Source: Kofleriaceae bacterium (lineage in GTDB: Bacteria > Myxococcota_A > Polyangia > Haliangiales > Haliangiaceae). Taken from it: a stretch of DNA of 64,000 bases. Numbering within the stretch: position 1 is the stretch's first letter; the number at the start of each line of letters is the position of its first letter. Below are positions 1-9,375 of the stretch, piece by piece. The notes below the pieces were generated by a model that was not told the origin of the DNA, did no database searches, and saw nothing but the letters and a program-made list of their open reading frames with translations. Made by a program: the position numbers and the translations under genes. The DNA lies in contig CBDCCZ010000023.1 in the NCBI GenBank assembly GCA_965215005.1, positions 1-64,000 of the forward strand, given 5' to 3'.

Positions 1-202
1 AGCGCCGACGCGGGCCAACTCTGGCAGTGGTTTCTGACATCGAGAACAACGCGTAGGCTCTCGCCGTTCCACAGACTCAGCCCCTCCGTAAGCGCCCGAC
101 AGCGCGCACCTGCCTAAGGCGGTGCGGCCGTGCGAAAAGGCGGGGGTGAAATGTAGTGAACCAGGAAGAGCCGCCGAGGACGGGCTCGCCGGCGCTTTGG
201 CG

Positions 203-1810
203 TCAGGAGAGAGTATCGCCGGCGGGCTGCTCTGGGCACTCGCGGGCGGCGAGCCAGGCGCGTGGCAGGAGCTCAGGGGCGCGGCTCATCATCCAGCCGT
301 TAGCGACTTTGTCGATGACATCGGCGAGGTAGTCGTAGGGGTTGACGCCGTCGATCTCGCACTGGAGAACGAGCGAGAGGAGGATGGCAAAGCGCTGACC
401 TGCCTCGACGCTGCCGACGAAGAGGCAGTTTTTGCGGAAGATGCCGACGGTGCGCAGCCGGCGCTCGACGTGGGCGTTGGAGATGGGCAGCGAGCCATCG
501 GTAAGAAAGACCTCGAGTGTTGGCAGCTGGCGCTGAAAGTAGACGACGGCTTTGCCCAATGCACTCTTGCTGCCTGCTTGCGGCGCGAGTTTGGCAACGG
601 CCTCTGTGAGCCGTTTCCAGGTCGGCACCGACGCGGCAGCGCGCAGCGTGCCCCGCCCCACGTCATCTAGCCCGCGCTCTTTAGCCTCGCGTTCGATGGC
701 GTAGAGTGCTTTGTAGATGTCGACGATCGGCTGAGCGCGTCGATCGCCTTGCTCGAGCGCAGCCACGAATTTGCGGCGTGCATGGTCGTTGCAGCCGACG
801 CGGATAGGTCCACCTTCGCGGGCGAATAGCGGATTGATGCCGCCATAGCCGTCGCCTTGGATGCTGCCGGAAAAACTAGAAAGCACAGCGCGAGGGTGCT
901 TTCCTTTCCAGTCTTCGCTGAATTCAGCGTAAGCGATACGACTGATGTCGCCAAGGTAAAGCCATTGACGGCCGCGCACCATCGTCTTGCCGCTTGGCGA
1001 GCCGCGGCTTTGTGCCTTGAGCGGTGTGTCGTCCAAACTGATGAGTCTAGACTTTAGAAGCTCTGTTCGCAGGAGCGGATGGAGAAACGCCAGCATGCGT
1101 GCCGTCTCGCCAAACCAGTCGTTGAGGGTCGACGTAGCTAGATTCGCACCATGGCGGCGGAGGCCGCGGGCAATACGCTCGATCGGCAGACCATCGAGCA
1201 CTTTGCCAACCACCAAATGGGCAAGCAAGCTGGCTGACGCCATGCTACCGGAGATGGGCTTTGCAGGCAGTTGAGGCGGCGCCGTTACGATGCCGTCGTC
1301 GCAGCGCCGACATGCGTACTTGAAGCGGTGCTCTTCCAGCTTATAGAGCTGCGCCGGCTGAAAGATGATGCGCCGCTGGATATCTGGCGGCAGCTCCGCT
1401 CGCGTCTTGCCGCACGAGCCGCAGTTACGCTCGTCGCCAGTGAGGCGTGCTTCGACCACCTCGACACGTAGCTCCTTGCCACGACGCACTCGCTTCTGTT
1501 TTGGCTTTGCCGGCGCGCTGCGTTCAACTTCCACTGGCTCCGGGGAAGTCACTTCGCGGTTGAAGGCGAGCACATTCAACAGATCCAGCGCTAACTGTCC
1601 AGCGGGCACCGCTTCAGCCTTCTTGCGATATGGTGCGCCGATCAACCATCGCACGCGCTCGCTGAGCTCGGACACCTCGTCTCCGAGCGAGCTCAGCAGA
1701 GCAATGATGCGATCCACCGTCGCGCGTTCCGCGTCGCTCACCTTGTCTCGAAGCGCATCGAGCGCCTCAAGTGCCTCGTGAACCTCTGTGCGCGCTGCCG
1801 TCACCTGCAC
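203..1810 (-). CDS. tnpC: IS66 family transposase TnpC
   Basis: CxxC...CxxC zinc finger, LDDTP, IQGDGYGG, GCNDHARRKF, SNAHVERRLR and NPYDYLADV motifs typical of IS66 DDE transposases. Confidence 0.95.
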   Translation of the reverse strand: MQVTAARTEVHEALEALDALRDKVSDAERATVDRIIALLSSLGDEVSELSERVRWLIGAPYRKKAEAVPAGQLALDLLNVLAFNREVTSPEPVEVERSAPAKPKQKRVRRGKELRVEVVEARLTGDERNCGSCGKTRAELPPDIQRRIIFQPAQLYKLEEHRFKYACRRCDDGIVTAPPQLPAKPISGSMASASLLAHLVVGKVLDGLPIERIARGLRRHGANLATSTLNDWFGETARMLAFLHPLLRTELLKSRLISLDDTPLKAQSRGSPSGKTMVRGRQWLYLGDISRIAYAEFSEDWKGKHPRAVLSSFSGSIQGDGYGGINPLFAREGGPIRVGCNDHARRKFVAALEQGDRRAQPIVDIYKALYAIEREAKERGLDDVGRGTLRAAASVPTWKRLTEAVAKLAPQAGSKSALGKAVVYFQRQLPTLEVFLTDGSLPISNAHVERRLRTVGIFRKNCLFVGSVEAGQRFAILLSLVLQCEIDGVNPYDYLADVIDKVANGWMMSRAPELLPRAWLAARECPEQPAGDTLS

Positions 1811-1838
1811 TCTTCGCTAGCAGGCGGCGGATCGAAGT

Positions 1839-2177
1839 TCAAGTGCTTTGCGACATCTCTTGCACCAACTCAGCGCGCGTAAGCAGTCGACTTAGCTCCG
1901 CTTGCGTTATCTCAGCAGCGCATTGATCATTTTTGATCGAAAGGCGCATCTGAAACGTGCCCTTCACCAGCCGCTTGCTCAGTAAGCAGTACCCGCCTTG
2001 ATCAAAGAACAAGATCTTGATCATATCGCCGCGACGGTTGCGAAACAGATACAGGTCGCCACCTTCTGGCTCCCGCTCGAGCTGTTCGCGCACCAGCGTC
2101 GACAGCCCATCCATCTGCTTGCGCATGTCACACGGCGACGCATACGCAAAGACGCGCGCGGCACGGTTACTCAGCAT
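1839..2177 (-). CDS. tnpB: IS66 accessory protein TnpB
   Basis: PCDMRKQMDGL...LYLFRNRRGDMIKILFFD..GYCLLSKRL.KGTF motif; ATG at 2177 overlaps the end of tnpA. Confidence 0.93.
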   Translation of the reverse strand: MLSNRAARVFAYASPCDMRKQMDGLSTLVREQLEREPEGGDLYLFRNRRGDMIKILFFDQGGYCLLSKRLVKGTFQMRLSIKNDQCAAEITQAELSRLLTRAELVQEMSQST

Positions 2178-2556
2178 GGTCGCCTCCCAAGACTGCCATC
2201 CAAGGCCGTAGCGACACCGCATTCCAGTCGCCACGAAACACCATCGTTGCGCCAGTTCGCAGCGTGACCTCGACCTGCCGCCGATCCATCGTCTGCTCTG
2301 GCTCATCCACCACCAGGACCGGCACGAAGCCGCCCGTTCCCGCCATCGATCTTGCAAGCGGCTCCGCGCCAAGCCTCTTGCGCCAATACTGAATTCGGTG
2401 CGACGCGACCCCTGTTCGGCGCGAATAGCCGGCGTCACTTTCGCCGCTAGCCGCCAACTCCTCCAACATCGCCGCTCCCTCCGCCGCGCTCCACCGCGCA
2501 CGACCGCCCAGCGGGGCAGCTGATTGGCCCTGATCTCGCTCTCGTTGATGCTTCAT
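2167..2556 (-). CDS. tnpA: IS66 accessory protein TnpA (HTH)
   Basis: SGES..YSRRTGV...IQYWRKRL...FVPV motif; first gene of the IS66; AGGAGG RBS upstream. Confidence 0.85.
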   Translation of the reverse strand: MKHQRERDQGQSAAPLGGRARWSAAEGAAMLEELAASGESDAGYSRRTGVASHRIQYWRKRLGAEPLARSMAGTGGFVPVLVVDEPEQTMDRRQVEVTLRTGATMVFRGDWNAVSLRPWMAVLGGDHAE

Positions 2557-2615
2557 GCCCTCCTACTGACCATGAAGCCGCGCATCGCAGTAGGTGCGGA
2601 CTGTCGGGCGGATAC

Positions 2616-2760
2616 GCCCCTCCAGGAGCGTCAACAGCGCGCGTGGATGACACGGATGCGTGTCCAAACGTGCCTTGAGCAGGTCGCCCTCCGGGGCTGT
2701 CACAAGCAGTTTCGTCTCGCGTGGCGTCACGCGCACCGTCGTCTGCCATTTGCGCATCAT
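2616..2760 (-). pseudogene. Second small accessory ORF of the IS21-like element, interrupted by IS66 (continues at 87 to 1)
   Basis: MMRKWQTTVRVTPRETKLLVTAPEGDLLKARLDTHPCHPRALLTLLEG; the restored junction continues in frame as LSLWNGESLRVVLDV. Confidence 0.7.
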
Positions 2761-3109
2761 GCAGCGGGCCCTCCGCGGCCCCCTCGACCGGACCATCCGT
2801 GGCCAGTGCCGAGCGGTCCTTCATCGCCGGAGGAGATGCTTGTGTCGCCGACTGTCGCGTCACTATTTCGTCCAGAAACTTGTCCCGAAGTCGCTTCCGA
2901 TCGCGCCAGCGCTGACTTCGCGTCGCATGCAGTCGCGCCCCCCGCGGCGTCTGCTGATACGCTGCCCCCGCGACCTTTTTCGCACGCCGCCGCTGCTCAT
3001 GTGCGCAGGCCTTACTGCAGTAGCGCTGCCCACGGTCGCACGCCCTGCACAGCCGTACCGTCGCCGCGCACAAGCCGCACGTAAATAGTCTCCACGTCTC
3101 GGCTTCCAC
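2616..3109 (-). pseudogene. Zn-finger accessory protein of the IS21-like element, interrupted by IS66 (continues at 87 to 1)
   Basis: CGLC..VRLCRACDRGQRYCSKAC motif; removing IS66 and one TSD restores the frame ...APGGAESVERREPTRCSRCQKPLPELARVGA. Confidence 0.7.
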
Positions 3110-3370
3110 TTCACGGCGCCGATTTCGTGCACTTTCTGGACTTCCGATCCCGAATGAGCGACACCACTGAACAAGGGTGTCGCCGTTCTCGGCAACGGCC
3201 GCCCGCAAGGTCCGAGTGGTTGAGACTCGGGCCTTGCACGTTTTCGGCGCCGGTGAACTACGCCATCTAGCGGACCGCAGGCAACTTTTCAGCTCGCCAA
3301 GCCGGTGAAGCAATCTGAGCTCGAGCCGCGCTCTTCACCGACGGCGCGCGCTTCTTGACGCCCGTTGACA

Positions 3371-4820
3371 ACTGGAGAACGAGCGAGAGGAGGATGGCAA
3401 AGCGCTGACCTGCCTCGACGCTGCCGACGAAGAGGCAGTTTTTGCGGAAGATGCCGACGGTGCGCAGCCGGCGCTCGACGTGGGCGTTGGAGATGGGCAG
3501 CGAGCCATCGGTAAGAAAGACCTCGAGTGTTGGCAGCTGGCGCTGAAAGTAGACGACGGCTTTGCCCAATGCACTCTTGCTGCCTGCTTGCGGCGCGAGT
3601 TTGGCAACGGCCTCTGTGAGCCGTTTCCAGGTCGGCACCGACGCGGCAGCGCGCAGCGTGCCCCGCCCCACGTCATCTAACCCGCGCTCTTTAGCCTCGC
3701 GTTCGATGGCGTAAAGTTCTTTGTAGATGTCGACGATCGGCTGAGCGCGTCGATCGCCTTGCTCGAGCGCAGCCACGAATTTGCGGCGTGCATGGTCGTT
3801 GCAGCCGACGCGGATAGGTCCACCTTCGCGGGCGAATAGCGGATTGATGCCGCCATAGCCGTCGCCTTGGATGCTGCCGGAAAAACTAGAAAGCACAGCG
3901 CGAGGGTGCTTTCCTTTCCAGTCTTCGCTGAATTCAGCGTAAGCGATACGACTGATGTCGCCAAGGTAAAGCCATTGACGGCCGCGCACCATCGTCTTGC
4001 CGCTTGGCGAGCCGCGGCTTTGTGCCTTGAGCGGTGTGTCGTCCAAACTGATGAGTCTAGACTTTAGAAGCTCTGTTCGCAGGAGCGGATGGAGAAACGC
4101 CAGCATGCGTGCCGTCTCGCCAAACCAGTCGTTGAGGGTCGACGTAGCTAGATTCGCACCATGGCGGCGGAGGCCGCGGGCAATACGCTCGATCGGCAGA
4201 CCATCGAGCACTTTGCCAACCACCAAATGGGCAAGCAAGCTGGCTGACGCCATGCTACCGGAGATGGGCTTTGCAGGCAGTTGAGGCGGCGCCGTTACGA
4301 TGCCGTCGTCGCAGCGCCGACATGCGTACTTGAAGCGGTGCTCTTCCAGCTTATAGAGCTGCGCCGGCTGAAAGATGATGCGCCGCTGGATATCTGGCGG
4401 CAGCTCCGCTCGCGTCTTGCCGCACGAGCCGCAGTTACGCTCGTCGCCAGTGAGGCGTGCTTCGACCACCTCGACACGTAGCTCCTTGCCACGACGCACT
4501 CGCTTCTGTTTTGGCTTTGCCGGCGCGCTGCGTTCAACTTCCACTTGCTCCGGGGAAGTCACTTCGCGGTTGAAGGCGAGCACATTCAACAGATCCAGCG
4601 CTAACTGTCCAGCGGGCACCGCTTCAGCCTTCTTGCGATACGGTGCGCCGATCAACCATCGCACGCGCTCGCTGAGCTCGGACACCTCGTCTCCGAGCGA
4701 GCTCAGCAGAGCAATGATGCGATCCACCGTCGCGCGTTCCGCGTCGCTCACCTTGTCTCGAAGCGCATCGAGCGCTTCAAGTGCCTCGTTAACCTCTTTG
4801 CGCGCTGCCGTCACCTGCAC
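3371..4820 (-). pseudogene. tnpC: IS66 TnpC, C-terminally interrupted
   Basis: Same as copy 1 except 4 residues up to ...LSLVLQ, then reads into foreign sequence. Confidence 0.9.
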
Positions 4821-4848
4821 TCTTCGCTAGCAGGCGGCGGATCGAAGT

Positions 4849-5187
4849 TCAAGTGCTTTGCGACACCTCTTGCACCAACTCAGCGCGCGTAAGCAGTCCG
4901 CTTAGCTCCGCTTGCGTTATCTCAGCAGCGCATTGATCACTTTTGATCGAAAGACGCATCTGAAACGTCCCCTTCACGAGCCGCTTGCTTAGTAAGCAGT
5001 ACCCGCCTTGATTAAAGAACAAGATCTTGATCATGTCGCCTCGACGGTTGCGAAATAGATACAGGTCGCCACCTTCTGGCTCCCGCTCGAGCTGTTCGCG
5101 CACCAGCGTCGACAGTCCATCCATCTGCTTGCGCATGTCACACGGCGACGCATACGCAAAGACGCGCGCAGCACGGTTACTCAGCAT
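4849..5187 (-). CDS. tnpB: IS66 accessory protein TnpB (copy 2)
   Basis: Near-identical to 1839-2177. Confidence 0.92.
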   Translation of the reverse strand: MLSNRAARVFAYASPCDMRKQMDGLSTLVREQLEREPEGGDLYLFRNRRGDMIKILFFNQGGYCLLSKRLVKGTFQMRLSIKSDQCAAEITQAELSGLLTRAELVQEVSQST

Positions 5188-5566
5188 GGTCGCCTCCCAA
5201 GACTGCCATCCAAGGCCGTAGCGACACCGCATTCCAGTCGCCACGAAACACCATCGTTGCGCCAGTTCGCAGCGTGACCTCGACCTGCCGTCGATCCATC
5301 GTCTTCTCTGGCTCATCCACCACCAATACCGGCACGAAGCCGCCCGTTCCCGCAGTCGAGCTTGCACGCGGCTCCGAGCTAAGCCTCTTGCGCCAATACT
5401 GAATTCGGTGCGACGCGACCCCGGTTCGACGTGAGTAGCCGGCGTCACTTTCGCCGCTAGCCGCCAACTCCTCCAACATCGCCGCACCCTCCGCCGCGCT
5501 CCACCGCGCACGCCCGCTCAGCGGGGCAGCTGGTTGGCCCTGATCTCGATCTCGTTGTTGCTCCAT
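5177..5566 (-). CDS. tnpA: IS66 accessory protein TnpA (copy 2)
   Basis: Homologous to 2167-2556 (11 aa differences). Confidence 0.85.
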   Translation of the reverse strand: MEQQRDRDQGQPAAPLSGRARWSAAEGAAMLEELAASGESDAGYSRRTGVASHRIQYWRKRLSSEPRASSTAGTGGFVPVLVVDEPEKTMDRRQVEVTLRTGATMVFRGDWNAVSLRPWMAVLGGDHAE

Positions 5567-5625
5567 GCCCTCCTACTGACCATGAAGCCGCGCATCGCAG
5601 TAGGTGCGGGCTGTCGGGCGGATAC

Positions 5626-6512
5626 GCTAGGACCGCCGCAAGAACAGACGCGATCGGACGCGACGAGTGGGCTCCGCCGGGGAACGTCCACGCCAATGTC
5701 AGGCGTAGACCACCCACGTTGGCTTTGACTGTAGAGGAACCGCCGTGCTCCTCGAGAGACTGACTCGCACTAGTGGCAATGATATCGGTGGCGGGAGAGT
5801 AGCGACCAAATTGCTTTTCTATTTGTTCCTTAACAGACGATGGAAGGCCGCCGGCGACAACGAGAACTGCGTTGTTAGAACGATAGTATCTCTGAAGAAA
5901 GCTCTGCGCTTCATCGAGTGTCGTTGACTGAATGTCTTCTTCCGTTCCGAAGACAAAGCGCGAGTAGGCGTGGCGTTCGCCAAACAGCCCCCGCAACATC
6001 AGATGCGTCGCCTCTAAACCACTATCCATCCGCTGACGGCGCTCCGAAATGACGATCTTCTTCTCACGCTCGAGTAGTTCCTCTGTGATGGAGTCCGCCA
6101 GGGCCAGTCGCGTGGCCTGTAAACGCAGCAGGATGGCAAAATCGTCAGCGTCGCCAGCTACATAATATGAGGTGCTACCAATGTATGTCGAGGCGTCTGA
6201 GTAGCCACCTAGCGACTCAATGAATCGAGCCGGTTCCGGGAACTCCGCCGAACCGCTGAGTGCTAGATGCTCGCTTAGGTGAGCGAGTCCCGCCTTACCT
6301 GTCGCGCCACCCGAGGAGAAGTTTAGCCGAATAACGACTGATGTATTCGATCGTTCCGGCTGCAGCACGACCCGGAGGCCGTTGGGCAGGACGTAGCTCT
6401 CAGTCGGAAAGTTGGCATCAACATTACCCCCGCTACTGCCCCCGCTCCCCTTTGAGAGGATGGGCACGCTCATCGTCAGTGCCATGATTGATGCCAGTAC
6501 TGTCCTTCGCAT
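5626..6512 (-). pseudogene. M16 (pitrilysin/insulinase) family zinc peptidase interrupted by IS66
   Basis: Signal-like N-terminus MRRTVLASIMAL, LPNGLRVVL, inverted zinc motif GLAHLSEHL (HxxEH), EREKKIVISE, YYRSNNAVLVVAG; frame runs into the IS66 TIR at 5625. Confidence 0.88.
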
Positions 6513-6632
6513 ATTGTCTACAAGTTGGCTCGAGTAGTAGCAGATCGGCAGCGTGTCCGCTGGCGCCGTCGCACGTTCAGCGGACGAATAGGAGCGGCAC
6601 CCGCCGCTCCTATTCACAGCCCGGCTCCTTGA

Positions 6633-6795
6633 CTACGGATTCTTCCGTTTGTCGCCGTTACCGGTACTACCGCCTCCGCTTCCGCCGCCGTCTCCGCCAC
6701 GCACGGACTCGAGCTGTCGCGCGTCGATGATCGGGAAATATGAAGTCGCATGCCTTGCTGGCCGCCAGCCTAACGGAGTCGTTTCTCTTTTGCAT
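6633..6795 (-). other. Possible double-glycine-leader peptide ORF (start codon unresolved)
   Basis: Reads ...FPIIDARQLESVRGG-DGGGSGGGSTGNGDKRKNP*; a nearby ATG (6795) is one base out of frame and there is no in-frame ATG close to the motif. Confidence 0.4.
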
Positions 6796-6799
6796 GTTT

Positions 6800-6928
6800 G
6801 AGCTCGATGGCGTGAAAAGAATCGAGCGCGTCCTCGCCGTCGGCAAGCTCGTCGGCGAAGAACGTCCAATTGTCGATCGCGCCGTCGGCGACTTTGACAA
6901 CCTTGAGGTCGGGTCGCTGTCGAAGGAT
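6800..6928 (-). pseudogene. ISKra4-like transposase fragment
   Basis: Manual translation ILRQRPDLKVVKVADGAIDNWTFF..L.DG...LDSFHAIE matches the DGA.dNW...D.fHa.E pattern of ISKra4/IS256-type transposases. Confidence 0.6.
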
Positions 6929-6930
6929 CG

Positions 6931-7280
6931 CTCGCTGGACGAGTTTATGGCCAGCCCTTCGGCGTCGACGTCGGCTTCGGCGATCCCATTATCGATGAAC
7001 CAGACATCGTGGTGGCCGACGATGTGCTCTCGTTCGTAGGCATCGCGCCACCAACGCTACGCATCTACCCGATCGAGACGCACCTGGCTGAGAAGCTGCA
7101 CGCATACGCGATGCCGCGGCCGCGGCAAAACTCGAGAGTGAAGGATCTTTACCATATCGCACTGCTCGCGACCGCGCAGCCCCTCGACGGGAAGCGTCTG
7201 CGAGTCTGCGAGCGGCTCTTGAGCAGACCTTCACGTTCCGCAAGACGCACGCGCTCCCTGCGAAGGTGCCTGAGTGGCTT
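6931..7280 (+). pseudogene. AbiEii/AbiGii-type nucleotidyltransferase toxin fragment
   Basis: LAGRVYGQPFGVDVGFGD...YPIETHLAEKLHAY.MPRPRQNSRVKDL; N-terminus missing; frameshifted by an 8-bp duplication at 7196-7211. Confidence 0.75.
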
Positions 7281-7347
7281 GCGGAGGTCGCATCGGCAGC
7301 GGCCGATGGCGACGCGCCCGCGGGGCGCTCATTCTGTTAGCAAGCGG

Positions 7348-7764
7348 TCAGCGGGGGCCGGCGCCGGGGGCGTGGGTGTGTTGGAAGTAGAAGGGGTATT
7401 CGACGCTGGTGGGGGCGCGCGAGGCGGGGAAGGTCCAGTGGCGGACTTTGTTTTGGACGCAGCGCGCGAAGGATGGGCCGCGGACGCCTTCGGCCTCGAC
7501 TTCGATGGATGGCTCGCGGACGGAGCCGGCTTTTTCGACGACCATGCGCAGCGCGACGTGGCCGGTGGCGTCTTTTTGGCGCATGGCGTGCTCGCGGTAG
7601 CAGGTGAGAACTTGGTCGGCGTTCTCGCTCACGACGTGGCGGATCTGTTCTTCGCTGAGCAGGTCTTCGGCGCGGCTCTCGGCGGAAGAGCTGAGGATGC
7701 CAAGGACGAGGACGGCGGCTAGGATGAAGTGATGGAACAACGGGCAGCTCCTCTCTTTGGTCAT
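7348..7764 (-). CDS. AgmX/PglI C-terminal (TonB-C-like) domain protein, secreted
   Basis: Signal peptide; IRHVV......VLTCY...G.V.LR.VV...GSV...CVQNKVRHWTFP....VEYPFYF. Confidence 0.8.
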   Translation of the reverse strand: MTKERSCPLFHHFILAAVLVLGILSSSAESRAEDLLSEEQIRHVVSENADQVLTCYREHAMRQKDATGHVALRMVVEKAGSVREPSIEVEAEGVRGPSFARCVQNKVRHWTFPASRAPTSVEYPFYFQHTHAPGAGPR

Positions 7765-8048
7765 GCCAGGTGCAGCGGGTGTGCCGGCTACGACACTTTC
7801 TGCGAGACCGCGTAACCACCCGATATCTCACGCGACTGAGCGGAGGAAAACGGGCGTCTCGGCCGCGGGGCCGGGCAGTTGGGCGTCTCGACCTCGAAAC
7901 CTGGTGACTGGAGTGGCCAGTTGTAGGCTCGTGCTCGGGTCTGGCAGTCCCGACGCGGTGCCCTGCTCGCTCAGGTATCCGGGCCAACTCGCGGGTTGTC
8001 TGCGGTTGCGCGGCTTCTGTCGTTGGCACGGCGCTCGCTCGGCACGGC

Positions 8049-8369
8049 GTGGTGCTGCACAACGGACCACCACCGAGTGCCGAGCGTCGCCGGCTCGTCC
8101 GACGCCAGCAGCACGTGCCCGTGCGGCTTTGGACGGCGGCGAGCACCGAGGTGACTCGGTGCACCACCGCGGATCTCTCCATCGCGGGGGCGTTCCTGCG
8201 AGTGGATCGTCGCCTGGCGCTAGGCGACGTAGTGTTCCTCGAATTGGTCACCGAGGAGCCTTCCCCGGTGGTGCGAGCCGTGGTGGTCCGGTCGTACTAC
8301 TTGCCGCCGAGCGAAGGCGATACGTCCGGCAATGGGTTTGGAGTGCGTTTCGTGACTTGTTTGCGCTAG
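8049..8369 (+). CDS. PilZ domain protein
   Basis: ERRRLVR (RxxxR) and DLSIAG (DxSxxG) motifs; GFGVRF end. Confidence 0.8.
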   Translation: MVLHNGPPPSAERRRLVRRQQHVPVRLWTAASTEVTRCTTADLSIAGAFLRVDRRLALGDVVFLELVTEEPSPVVRAVVVRSYYLPPSEGDTSGNGFGVRFVTCLR

Positions 8370-8421
8370 CGCACGTTCGCCCTAGCGCACTTACGAGCGT
8401 TCGAGCGCCTCTTCGAGCGCC

Positions 8422-8781
8422 TCAGTGATACCAGATGCACTGGCCATCGACGCAACCACACTGCGCGTTCTGCGGCGGCCACGGGCGGACTTCGCACTCC
8501 GTAGACACCGGCTCGGCGGCGCATACCTCGCGGGCGCAACCGGTGACACGGCAGTCGTCGGCTTGCACGCAGCGATTGTTGACGCCGATGCCTTCGACAC
8601 GACTGTAGAGCGGATCGTCTGACGTCACGGCCGCGCGCGGTCGCTCACCGATGGCCTCAGAGGCGGCGGGAATCTCGGGCTCGCTGGTGTTTTCCGCGCT
8701 GCCGCTGCACCCCATCGCCAGCGCCACCAGCAGGCCGATGAGGCAACCCGAAGCAGGCATGACGTCATGGGTCGCTCTCAT
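8422..8781 (-). CDS. Lipoprotein with eight-cysteine-cluster-like domain
   Basis: Lipobox LAMGC; C....DC..TGC..EVC......ECE........CGCVDGQCIW. Confidence 0.75.
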   Translation of the reverse strand: MRATHDVMPASGCLIGLLVALAMGCSGSAENTSEPEIPAASEAIGERPRAAVTSDDPLYSRVEGIGVNNRCVQADDCRVTGCAREVCAAEPVSTECEVRPWPPQNAQCGCVDGQCIWYH

Positions 8782-8807
8782 CGAGGAATGTCGTCGACCT
8801 CGAACCA

Positions 8808-9209
8808 CTAGTCCCGCTCCTTTGCGCGCTCGTCGGCCTCGATGAGCCTTGCGGCACGGTCGCCGGCGCCACGAGAGGGCGTGCTGTCAGCGATCAGCCG
8901 ATCGCCACGAGCCTCGAGGTCTTCGTCGCCGCCGGTGACCATCTCGCGCATCCGACGCTCTCCGGTTCGCGGCCGCGGGAGCTCGTCGCTGTCGAGCTCG
9001 TTATCGGCGGTGTGGCGTCCGGGGCTCTCGGTGGCTTCCTCGAGAGTGTGGCGGCCTAAATCATCGGGGCTCACCGACAGCTCGCCACGCGGTGGGCCCG
9101 GTGGTTGGCTGGTCGGCCGCGCATCGAGCTGCAGCTCTTCGGCTTCGACCTCGCGAACCAGCTCCTCTTCATCGGCGAATATCTCCCGGCGAATCGGTGT
9201 GTCTGCCAT
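8808..9209 (-). CDS. Hypothetical acidic protein
   Basis: ATG at 9209 (MADTPIRRE...); coding-like composition; co-oriented with the downstream lipoprotein gene. Confidence 0.6.
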   Translation of the reverse strand: MADTPIRREIFADEEELVREVEAEELQLDARPTSQPPGPPRGELSVSPDDLGRHTLEEATESPGRHTADNELDSDELPRPRTGERRMREMVTGGDEDLEARGDRLIADSTPSRGAGDRAARLIEADERAKERD

Positions 9210-9375
9210 GGCGCCAGTGCAAAGCAAACTCCGTTCCGCGACGACGCGAGCTCCGTCGGGAGCACAGGTCGCGATTCGCGCCCAATGCGCCACACCGTGA
9301 CGATGGACGACTTGACGGCACCTCGGCAGCGACGCCGTCGTGCCTCGCAAGTGATAGCCTCCGCGCAAGGTGTGC

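Larger units (their letters stand above)
88..2615 (-). mobile_element. Complete IS66-family insertion sequence (copy 1)
   Basis: Imperfect terminal inverted repeats GTAAGCGCCCGACAGCGCGCACC (88-110) and revcomp GTATCCGCCCGACAGTCCGCACC (2593-2615); 8-bp target duplication GCCCCTCC at 80-87 and 2616-2623; tnpA-tnpB-tnpC gene order. Confidence 0.95.
1..3370 (-). mobile_element. One end of an IS21-like element with accessory genes; interrupted by IS66 copy 1 and continuing beyond the window start
   Basis: Terminus reads TGTCAACGGGCG (revcomp of 3359-3370) exactly where IS66 copy 2 tnpC breaks off; carries two ORF types I recall upstream of IS21 istA; istA/istB are not in the window. Confidence 0.65.
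3371..5625 (-). mobile_element. IS66 copy 2, cut at 3371 by the IS21-like element
   Basis: Near-identical to 361-2615; terminal repeat GGTGCGGGCTGTCGGGCGGATAC ends at 5625; the 3' end of tnpC and the second TIR are absent from the window. Confidence 0.93.

Noticed and set aside
2447..6617. ORF-track proteins 2447-3313, 3267-4820 and 5457-6617 as full-length novel fusions
   Set aside because: Their C-termini are read-through across IS junctions
8023..8039. Sigma-54-like GG-N10-GC sites before small genes (also near 9220-9240 and 43661-43676 on the minus strand)
   Set aside because: Spacing is right, but such matches are common in high-GC DNA and these lie very close to the start codons; not supportable without transcription start data
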